A stretch of 64,000 nt of DNA from SAR86 cluster bacterium SAR86A (GTDB lineage: Bacteria; Pseudomonadota; Gammaproteobacteria; Magnimaribacterales; D2472), in NCBI GenBank assembly GCA_000252525.1, contig JH611156.1:578109-642108 (forward strand), written 5' to 3'. The number at the start of each line of letters is the position of its first letter. Position 1 is the stretch's first letter. The notes beneath the pieces were generated by a model, which did not search any database, had not been told where the DNA came from, and saw only the letters and a program-made list of their open reading frames with translations. Of this stretch, positions 53,569 to 60,782 are shown piece after piece. Both the position numbers and the translations under genes were made by a program.

Positions 53569-54950
53569 TCAGGAGTAAATTTTATTGGCATCTCTTGAAT
53601 TGCATGTACAAAATTATTTGGTGCTACTTTCCAGTCACCATTCACTTCAAAATCACTAAAACGAGTCAAAAACTGTTTATAAAACTCTCTTAATTGCATC
53701 AATGCAACAGGCTTGCCTAAGCAAGTATGTCTTCCAATACCAAATGCTAAGTGTTTTTCAGCATTTTCTCTGAGAATATCAAACTTGTCTGGATCTTTGA
53801 AAATTTCTGGATCTCTGTTAGCAGCTCCATACCACAAAGAAATTTTTTCGTATGGGCCTATCATCTGTCCATTTATTTCAGTTTCCTCTAAAGATGTTCT
53901 TCGCATATGGATAACCGGTGATACACATCTTACAGTTTCATTTATAAAGTTTGGTAAGAGCTCATAATTCTCTAATAAAATTTCTTTTTGTTTTGGGTTG
54001 TCATGAAGTAACTTAATTCCGCCACTCATAGTATTTCGAGTTGTATCATTTCCTGCAAAAATTATTAGCAGCCAAGAACCATCAAGAAATTCATCTGAGA
54101 GTTGTTGACCTTCGATTTCTGCATTGGCAATTGCACTCAACAAATCGTCGGATGGATTTTCTCTTTTATTTTTTAAAATGAATCTCCCATATTCAAACAT
54201 TTCGTCAACCATTGCATTAAACATATCAACCATTGCTGGATCTGGTGTACTGTCAGTTTTTCCTTCGTTCTGTTCTTTTATCATTTCATAGGTAAAGTAT
54301 TGAGCCAATTCTAGAAATTCCATCCAAGAAACAAGTTTTTGCCTATCTGCTTCTGGTATGCCAAGGATCTCTGATAACGTAAATATTGGTAATTGCTGAG
54401 AGACTTGCTGTACTAGATTGCATTCACCCATAGGAGCGATGACATCTAATAATTCGCCAACTTTAACAGACACTTTTTTTTGTAATTCATCTACGTAACC
54501 AGATTTAAAAAATGGCATGTGTTCCTTACGAAGCCCAAGATGCATTTCTCCATCTAAATTTAGCATATGGTCGATGGTAGATTTAAAAAGTTTTGGGTGT
54601 CTATTTTCTTCAGTGCCTAAAGTTAATAAATTTCCAGTAGAGTATTGTGAGGAGAAGATCTTAGGATTCATAGATACATGTTTTATGTCGTTATATGAAG
54701 TTAAGACCCAGTAACCAGGCTCAGGATCTGTTGGCATTGGGTCATGGAAGAATACTGGAGATTTCTCTCTAAGTTCTTTATATAAACTAATTGGTTGTCC
54801 TTTAGTAAATAAGTCAAGGTCGTTCAAAGAGCCTGAAGGCTTATGAGGATATGAAATATTGTGTTTTGGATGATTAATCTTATTACTTAAAATTTCATCA
54901 GATAATATGTATCCTGGGTTTGGATTAGTCACCTCCACCTCCTCCAGCAT
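53565..54950 (-). CDS. Cytochrome P450 monooxygenase (I-helix resembles the CYP153/CYP125 omega-hydroxylase type)
   Basis: Heme loop FGIGRHTCLG, I-helix AGNDTTRN, ExxR (ETVR). Start is ambiguous: ATG at 54950, or GTG at 54932 which has AGGAGG-N5. The tracked TTG at 55031 is unlikely. Confidence 0.9.
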   Translation of the reverse strand: MLEEVEVTNPNPGYILSDEILSNKINHPKHNISYPHKPSGSLNDLDLFTKGQPISLYKELREKSPVFFHDPMPTDPEPGYWVLTSYNDIKHVSMNPKIFSSQYSTGNLLTLGTEENRHPKLFKSTIDHMLNLDGEMHLGLRKEHMPFFKSGYVDELQKKVSVKVGELLDVIAPMGECNLVQQVSQQLPIFTLSEILGIPEADRQKLVSWMEFLELAQYFTYEMIKEQNEGKTDSTPDPAMVDMFNAMVDEMFEYGRFILKNKRENPSDDLLSAIANAEIEGQQLSDEFLDGSWLLIIFAGNDTTRNTMSGGIKLLHDNPKQKEILLENYELLPNFINETVRCVSPVIHMRRTSLEETEINGQMIGPYEKISLWYGAANRDPEIFKDPDKFDILRENAEKHLAFGIGRHTCLGKPVALMQLREFYKQFLTRFSDFEVNGDWKVAPNNFVHAIQEMPIKFTPE

Positions 54951-55548
54951 CTCCACCTGCAACTGTTCCATCTGAGGAAGGATTTGGATGAGTAAGATAT
55001 ATGCTAGACATAAACGCTGTACCGTCTCCAAGAGCTGCAGTTATTTCTTTGAGATTTAGTTTTTCACCCAAATCAGAGTAAGGCTGCACATCTCCAGAGT
55101 CTTTATCTACAATAAGTGCATCTTTTTTTGATACTAAAATAATATCTCCAGAAATTATTACTAAGAAGTATTGATTAAAATTGAACATAGATTTTTTGAA
55201 TCTTTTTCGAAATTTAATCTTGCCAGTCTTCCATGACATTTTTGATATTTCTCTTGAGGAAGAAAGAAAGTACATGTATCCATCATGTGAACTTGGTATA
55301 AATGGAATCATTGAGCTATGAAGATAATCTTGATAATGAGACCATAAAAAATCTCCATTATCACTTTTAAAACAATGAACCATTTTAGAGCTCCATGACG
55401 AGCTAAAAACAATAATATAATCTTCGAATTGTCCTATGATGTTTGGCTTGTAACCTGGAGAAATGTCTCCAACCCATACTGGTTTATTTTTAACTAGGTC
55501 GTATTTTGCAATAGATCCTTTTTTGCCAAAAATTGCTACTTTATCCAT
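54925..55548 (-). CDS. Hypothetical cytoplasmic protein with PQQ/BamB-like beta-propeller-type repeats and a Gly-rich C-terminal tail
   Basis: 207 aa; no signal peptide. A motif recurs four times at about 40-50 aa spacing (YDLVKNKPVW, FKSDNGDFLW, MSWKTGKIKF, VDKDSGDVQP). Tail is AGGDAGGGGGD. Confidence 0.55.
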   Translation of the reverse strand: MDKVAIFGKKGSIAKYDLVKNKPVWVGDISPGYKPNIIGQFEDYIIVFSSSWSSKMVHCFKSDNGDFLWSHYQDYLHSSMIPFIPSSHDGYMYFLSSSREISKMSWKTGKIKFRKRFKKSMFNFNQYFLVIISGDIILVSKKDALIVDKDSGDVQPYSDLGEKLNLKEITAALGDGTAFMSSIYLTHPNPSSDGTVAGGDAGGGGGD

Positions 55549-55565
55549 GAGTGCAATTATATATG

Positions 55566-55602
55566 TTTCAGATATGAGGAGTCGAACTCCTCATATCTGA
55601 AA
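55566..55602 (-). terminator. Perfect 17-bp hairpin between the TBDR gene and the downstream genes (partial terminator or RNA-stabilising stem)
   Basis: TTTCAGATATGAGGAGT-CGA-ACTCCTCATATCTGAAA. No strong T-tract follows on the minus strand. Confidence 0.5.
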
Positions 55603-55607
55603 TAAAA

Positions 55608-57983
55608 TTAGAAGCTATAGGTATATCTCAGCGCTATAGTTCTTGGAGGTATCCACTGCATCCAGTTTCTTGGTCTCCATGATGTGTCATCAACTGCATA
55701 AATATATGCCTCAGTTCTCTTATCAGTTAAGTTATCTATTGATAGTTGAAGCATAGAATTTTCACTCAAGTCTAATCCTAGATTAAAGTTTAGCTTAGTA
55801 TAATCAGGTGAACTTGAATTAGGATTCTCAGCAAAAGTATTAAAGCTATCTCCGTAGTAATTTACGTCCAGTCTTGCATATGTAGGATATGACATTATGG
55901 TCGTGTCATAGACAAGACCAAGATTCCACTGGGTTTCTACAGTATTTGGAAGTCTATCTCCAGCAGAAGCACCTAGAGAATCAATATCAATTGAAGTTTC
56001 TGCAGTCATAGAGCTTCCTGCAAAATCTAAGGAAACTGAATCATTAATAGCGTAAGTAAAGTCGACCTCCCAACCAGAAGTCTCTGCTTTACCTCCATTA
56101 AAGTTATATCTCCAACCACAACCAGGTGTGACTTGGATTATTATTCCGTCCCAATCAACATCAAAATAAGTAACATTAGCCGTATAGTTTTCACCTCTAG
56201 CTTTTACTCCGAATTCAGTTGTCTCAGCCTCATCAGAATTGAATCTTCTTGAGAAGTTTGCTTGTGCTGCTTCATCACTGCTACAGAATGGAGGAAGTGG
56301 TGCCTGATTTCCACCAGGTCTATACCCTGCTGCTTGAGTTGCATACAAGGTCAAGTCCTCGTTTACTAAATAACTAACAGCATATTTCATTCTAGTATCA
56401 GACTCTGAACCAGATAATTCAGCACAGTCAGTTCCTGCCGGATCAGTACCGTCACAGCCAGTGCTATCCATATAAAAAATACCGTATTGATATGTTTTTG
56501 ATGCATCTTCAATTTCATAATCTCTAATGCCTAATGTAAGCGTTAATTTGTCATTTACGTTGTAGTCAAACTGACCATAAAGAGATGTCTCTTCTTGCTC
56601 ATTAAATTCAGTATATGAAGCATAATACAAGTAAGGATAGCCTAAATGATCCGAACAAAATGGTGGACAATATGCTGTAGCATCATAAACAGCCGGATCA
56701 ACTCCAGCAGCAATCGAAGTAACATAATCTAGCCAATATGCATCGACTGCATATTGAGTTTGTGAAATTGAATTAGGTTGTTCCTCAAATTTATAGTTAT
56801 AGTAACCAATAGTCCACTCAAATTTTCCAGGTTTTGAAACTAGTCTCAATTCTGTAGTATCTTCATAATATTTGTCACCATCCACAATAAGCGGTGCAGG
56901 AACATAATCATCCATATCAATTCTAGCCCAGTCAGTCACAGCATCTTCTTCTACTGTTCTATCAGAGATAATTAAATTTGCATCGAAAGCACCAAAATCA
57001 TATTTAATATTTGCTATTAGTGTTTCTCTTGTAATATCTTCAGACTCATCTGCTGCTAAAGCATGAGCATATTTTGGGTCATAGTTTGTAAGTACCGAGC
57101 TTCCATTAGGATAATCAGCTTCAGTTGCTGCAAATCCCGATATCGCACTCAAACGCGAACATGTTGGATCACCGTCCCAGTTATACCACCAACTTGATGC
57201 TTGAGGACAGCCTTCAACATAAACGTCAGCACTACCAGGCTTGCTCTGACCTGGTTCTAAAATACCATATGCTTTGTTATTAAAATTAACATACCTCAAA
57301 CTTCCAGTTAATTTGCCCCCATTATTGAATCCTAGTGTGATCATAAGTTGAGAATCATCTTCTTCACCAACAGTATTGCCTGTCTGAATATTTTTATAGA
57401 TACCTGGAGAAACAAGCTGCGAATATACAGCTCTAACAGCAAGACTGTCAGTTAGAGGCATGTTGTACATCATTTCGATGCTAGTCTCAGGATCATTAGC
57501 TTTAACTTTATCACCATAACCAAGCCTAATTTTTCCATAAGCTGCGCTTGAATCTGGTTTATTAGTTATGTATCTGATTGTTCCACCAATAGCATTAGAT
57601 CCATAGAGTGTGCCCTGTGGCCCTCTAAGTACTTCAATTCTTTCAATATCAAATAAACTCATTAGTGAGCCGTTTATTTCATCAATATAAGTAGAAGAAG
57701 TTCCTGATGATCTTTGCGAAGTAGATGTATTTAGCCCCCTGAAAGTATAGTAATTTGATCCGCCAGGTGTCGACACACCAGCAATTGATCGCAAATAGTC
57801 TTCAGGATTAGTTATACCTCTCTCTTCTATTGTAGCTTCTGTAATTACAGATATGTTCATAGGTATTTCTTGAACAGTTTCAGCTTTCTTATTTGCAGTA
57901 ACAATCACTTCTTCAACTTCTTGAGAAATCAAGACGAATGGAGCCAAAATTAGTGCGCATAAAATTGTCTTCAAATTTTTCAT
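55608..57983 (-). CDS. TonB-dependent outer-membrane receptor
   Basis: 791 aa; signal peptide, TonB box/plug (EEVIVTANKK...IPMNISVIT), C-terminal beta-barrel ending RYTYSF. Confidence 0.92.
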   Translation of the reverse strand: MKNLKTILCALILAPFVLISQEVEEVIVTANKKAETVQEIPMNISVITEATIEERGITNPEDYLRSIAGVSTPGGSNYYTFRGLNTSTSQRSSGTSSTYIDEINGSLMSLFDIERIEVLRGPQGTLYGSNAIGGTIRYITNKPDSSAAYGKIRLGYGDKVKANDPETSIEMMYNMPLTDSLAVRAVYSQLVSPGIYKNIQTGNTVGEEDDSQLMITLGFNNGGKLTGSLRYVNFNNKAYGILEPGQSKPGSADVYVEGCPQASSWWYNWDGDPTCSRLSAISGFAATEADYPNGSSVLTNYDPKYAHALAADESEDITRETLIANIKYDFGAFDANLIISDRTVEEDAVTDWARIDMDDYVPAPLIVDGDKYYEDTTELRLVSKPGKFEWTIGYYNYKFEEQPNSISQTQYAVDAYWLDYVTSIAAGVDPAVYDATAYCPPFCSDHLGYPYLYYASYTEFNEQEETSLYGQFDYNVNDKLTLTLGIRDYEIEDASKTYQYGIFYMDSTGCDGTDPAGTDCAELSGSESDTRMKYAVSYLVNEDLTLYATQAAGYRPGGNQAPLPPFCSSDEAAQANFSRRFNSDEAETTEFGVKARGENYTANVTYFDVDWDGIIIQVTPGCGWRYNFNGGKAETSGWEVDFTYAINDSVSLDFAGSSMTAETSIDIDSLGASAGDRLPNTVETQWNLGLVYDTTIMSYPTYARLDVNYYGDSFNTFAENPNSSSPDYTKLNFNLGLDLSENSMLQLSIDNLTDKRTEAYIYAVDDTSWRPRNWMQWIPPRTIALRYTYSF

Positions 57984-57998
57984 AATTTATATCCTCTC

Positions 57999-58025
57999 AA
58001 ACAAAAAACCCAGCAAAAGCTGGGT
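57999..58025 (-). terminator. Intrinsic terminator inside the TBDR leader (attenuator)
   Basis: Minus strand ACCCAGC-UUUU-GCUGGGU followed by UUUUUUGUUU. Ends about 15 nt before the TBDR SD and ATG. Confidence 0.75.
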
Positions 58026-58032
58026 CAATTCA

Positions 58033-58075
58033 ATAAAAGCAGGTCCCAGCTATGCTGCTACTCCCCGGCTTTTAT
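58033..58075 (-). promoter_or_regulatory. GC-rich 43-nt structured element (candidate aptamer/antiterminator) in the TBDR leader
   Basis: A perfect 8-bp closing helix AUAAAAGC/GCUUUUAU encloses CGGGGAGUAGCAGCAUAGCUGGGACCU. The internal AGCUGGG can alternatively pair with the terminator 5' arm CCCAGCU. Confidence 0.45.
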
Positions 58076-58089
58076 GTAAGTTAATTTTT

Positions 58090-58117
58090 AACATACTTAA
58101 GTGAGTATATATGTAAA
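58090..58117 (-). promoter_or_regulatory. Candidate sigma-70 promoter for the TBDR operon
   Basis: Minus strand TTTACA-N16-TATGTT. Confidence 0.3.
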
Positions 58118-58172
58118 AAAGAATTAAACTAGTAATTTAAGAAAAAAAGTATCTATTTTTTATATCCAATAT

Positions 58173-58257
58173 TGGTAGGGATGGAGGGAGTCGAACCCCC
58201 ACGCCTTGCGGCACTTGGTTCTAAGCCAAGCGTGTCTACCAGTTCCACCACATCCCC
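58173..58257 (-). tRNA. tRNA-Leu (anticodon UAG), class II with long variable arm
   Basis: 85 nt; acceptor GGGGATG/CATCCCT, anticodon loop CTTAGAA, variable arm TGCCGCAAGGCGT, encoded CCA. Confidence 0.9.
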
Positions 58258-58303
58258 AGGCATTGGCATTATATATAGATAAATTGTATTAGTGGAGTTT
58301 TTT

Positions 58304-58702
58304 TTAAAGGTCGTAGTTTATTAAATCTTTTCTTTTTTTATGAACGTATGTAAGACCTATAAGCGTTATGACTCCTAAAATTGAAGCTACAATATCGTGA
58401 AAGTGATATCCTTCATATACTAAACCACATACTTTTCCAAGAAGCATAAATACGCACAGATAGATCAGAACAGTACCTAATTGAACTTTTGAAGATGAAA
58501 AAATAAACCTTATCAAAATATAACCTGAAGCTACAAAAACTCCCGACATTGTTCTAATAAAGTTCGCTAATGGTGTATATCTCTCAACGCCATCAAAAGC
58601 CGGATACCATGAAACAAAATTAGGTCCCAGCATAGCCCAAAGACCCATTACGCAAGATGTGATGCCTATAATTAATAAATAGCCTTTAAAAATTGTATTC
58701 AT
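58304..58702 (-). CDS. 4-TM membrane protein of unknown function
   Basis: Start at the ATG at 58702 (MNTIFKGYLL), overlapping the upstream small ORF stop (ATGA). Architecture is similar to the protein at 51337-51777. Confidence 0.5.
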   Translation of the reverse strand: MNTIFKGYLLIIGITSCVMGLWAMLGPNFVSWYPAFDGVERYTPLANFIRTMSGVFVASGYILIRFIFSSSKVQLGTVLIYLCVFMLLGKVCGLVYEGYHFHDIVASILGVITLIGLTYVHKKRKDLINYDL

Positions 58703-58911
58703 ATCACTCCCAACATATAAAGTGCTAATAAAAAAGATAAGACTCCAATGCCCATCCAAGTGTACATTTCCTTATAATTGTTAAATTTATATGAATTAAT
58801 TGCAAGAAAACAACAAAAAATTGGCGCGACAACTAAAACACCATAACCAATTAAAATTGCTAATGGAATAAAAGCCAAGAACAAAAATAATTGCAAGATA
58901 AATTTATTCAT
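58699..58911 (-). CDS. Small 2-3-TM membrane protein (70 aa)
   Basis: Hydrophobic throughout and translationally coupled to the downstream gene. Confidence 0.4.
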   Translation of the reverse strand: MNKFILQLFLFLAFIPLAILIGYGVLVVAPIFCCFLAINSYKFNNYKEMYTWMGIGVLSFLLALYMLGVI

Positions 58912-58942
58912 ATAACTATAAAACTATTAATTATCATTTGTG

Positions 58943-59581
58943 TCAATTTTCATTCGCCTGGACTGAATTTAGGTCTTCAGATGAACTGATTTGGGTTTGT
59001 ATCTCAAGAATGGTTTGATTTAGCTGATTTTTATAATTATTAAGAGCTTGTACAGTATCATCAAGTAACATTAATTGAGTATCAATTGAGCTGATATTCA
59101 TTCTTATTGAATTTAAATCTTCCTCAGATAGTCCTAGATTTTCAATATTCTGCATATTTGTTTCAATGCTATTTCGCATCTTTAATAAATTTGTTTGATT
59201 GTTATCAACATCTGTTTGTAGTTTTTGAAGTATTTCTTCTATTTTAATGGCTTGATCCGATAATTTTTGAATATTAACTTTATTTCTTTTATTACTTAAA
59301 TCCCAAAGTTTCCTAACTTCCTTATCTAAAAATTGAATTGAAGATGAAATATCAGTAATCGTGTCATTATTTGTCTCATCAACAATATTAATTTGTTCCT
59401 CAATGAGATTAAGTCTTTCATCGATGGTGTTTAATAATGATTTGTCGTTTTCAGTTTCAAAGGTTTGCCATATCCATAAAAATAAAATACTCATAAAAAC
59501 CAATACATATATAAAACCTACCAAAAGACCACCATTATTTGCTCTTTTCAAATATTCAGGAAATTTTCTTTCAACTTTCAT
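58943..59581 (-). CDS. Membrane-anchored coiled-coil protein
   Basis: 212 aa; a single N-terminal TM (LLVGFIYVLVFMSILFLWIW) followed by about 160 aa of heptad-like N/Q/E/L-rich sequence. Confidence 0.5.
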   Translation of the reverse strand: MKVERKFPEYLKRANNGGLLVGFIYVLVFMSILFLWIWQTFETENDKSLLNTIDERLNLIEEQINIVDETNNDTITDISSSIQFLDKEVRKLWDLSNKRNKVNIQKLSDQAIKIEEILQKLQTDVDNNQTNLLKMRNSIETNMQNIENLGLSEEDLNSIRMNISSIDTQLMLLDDTVQALNNYKNQLNQTILEIQTQISSSEDLNSVQANEN

Positions 59582-59661
59582 ATCTAGTTTTTTATAATTA
59601 AAAATATTAATTATTTAGCTTATAATGGTTATCTATTTTACCTTAACTTAAAGACGTATTT

Positions 59662-60774
59662 ATGAATTTAGACTTTTCAGATGATCAAAAGTTCCTTCAA
59701 GAGGAAGCTAGAAAGTTCCTAGAGAAAGAAAATGCACTTTCTCGCAACAGGTCTGTTTTAGAAAATAATGCAAATGTTGATGTTGAGCTTTGGAACAAAA
59801 TTGTTGAATTGGGATGGACAGGTATTAGAATCCCTGAAGAATATAGTGGATTAGGTCTTGGCCATTTAGAGCTTTGTGTAATTGCTGAAGAATTAGGGAG
59901 ATTTTTAGCACCTGTGCCATTTTCATCATCAGTTTATTTATTTACTGAGGCCATAATTAATTATGCTAATGACGATATTAAAAAAGAAATACTGCCTAAA
60001 CTAGTGTCAGGCGAAGTTATAGGAACACTTGCAGTTGCTGAAGATTTACAGGCTCCTACTGCTGAAAATATTACATTACAAAGTGATAACAATATTTTAA
60101 ATGGAAAAAAGATAGCTGTACCTGATGCCGAAATTGCTACGCATGCAATTGTGGTTGCAAAAACATCTTCAGGGATCTCTCTTCAGCTTGTTGACCTAAA
60201 TGCTGAAGGTGTAAAAATCGAAAAACAAGAAAATATTGATGAGAGCAGAGGTTATTTTTCTATCTTATTTGAAAATTCTCCAAGCAAATTGATAGGTGAT
60301 GAAACTGGCGGCTGGGACTTATATGAAGCTTTGATGAATCAAGCTGCCGTATTGTTTGGTTATGAACAAATAGGTGGATCTCAAGCAGCCTTAGATATGG
60401 CTATTAATTATTCTAAAGAGAGGTATGCGTTTGGAAGACAAATAGGATCATTTCAAGCAATAAAACATAAACTAGCTGATATGTATATTGCCTTAACACT
60501 TGCAAAATCTAATTGTTATTACGCTGCATGGGCGCTTTCGACTAACTCAGCTGACTTACCTTCGGCGTCTGCTACAGCTAGAGTAAGCGCAACAAAAGCA
60601 TATCAACTCTGCTCAAAAGAAAATATTCAAACTCATGGTGGTAATGGTTTTACATGGGAATATGATTGTCATATGTTCTATAGGCGATCAAAACTATTAT
60701 CTTTAAATATAGGCTCACTAAGTAACTGGAGAGAAAAACTGGTTACCAGCCTTGAACAATCAAATATTAATTAG
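59662..60774 (+). CDS. Acyl-CoA dehydrogenase family protein lacking both catalytic-base positions (beta-like subunit)
   Basis: 370 aa ACAD fold (HGGNGFTWEY). Where MCAD has YEGT this protein has LNIGS, and where IVD has LERL it has MNQAAV, so no catalytic Glu is present. Confidence 0.8.
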   Translation: MNLDFSDDQKFLQEEARKFLEKENALSRNRSVLENNANVDVELWNKIVELGWTGIRIPEEYSGLGLGHLELCVIAEELGRFLAPVPFSSSVYLFTEAIINYANDDIKKEILPKLVSGEVIGTLAVAEDLQAPTAENITLQSDNNILNGKKIAVPDAEIATHAIVVAKTSSGISLQLVDLNAEGVKIEKQENIDESRGYFSILFENSPSKLIGDETGGWDLYEALMNQAAVLFGYEQIGGSQAALDMAINYSKERYAFGRQIGSFQAIKHKLADMYIALTLAKSNCYYAAWALSTNSADLPSASATARVSATKAYQLCSKENIQTHGGNGFTWEYDCHMFYRRSKLLSLNIGSLSNWREKLVTSLEQSNIN

Positions 60775-60782
60775 GAAAAATT

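Noticed and set aside
54951-55031. N-terminal extension of the P450 ORF (METVQRLCLAYILLIQILPQMEQLQVE).
   Set aside because: It initiates at a TTG and overlaps the upstream gene by more than 100 nt. The downstream ATG and GTG starts have strong SD sequences.
58050-58094. Possible 14-codon leader peptide (MLKINLHKSRGVAA) in the TBDR leader, whose UAG stop abuts the antiterminator arm AGCUGGG. It would imply ribosome-mediated attenuation.
   Set aside because: It has no SD, and its ATG lies inside the best -10 candidate (TATGTT), so it would be transcribed only from the tRNA promoter. I keep it as an alternative to the riboswitch reading but do not call it.
44978-58257. The idea that the tRNA-Val(GAC) to tRNA-Leu interval is an integrated genomic island.
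   Set aside because: There is no integrase, transposase or phage gene, and I could see no direct repeat of either tRNA 3' end. The core gene sbcB lies inside the interval, and the composition looks like the rest of the window by eye.
59593-59613. Inverted repeat ATAATTAA-N5-TTAATTAT upstream of the ACAD pair, considered as a candidate operator.
   Set aside because: It consists purely of A and T in an AT-rich spacer, so chance occurrence is likely. No regulator gene is adjacent on that side.
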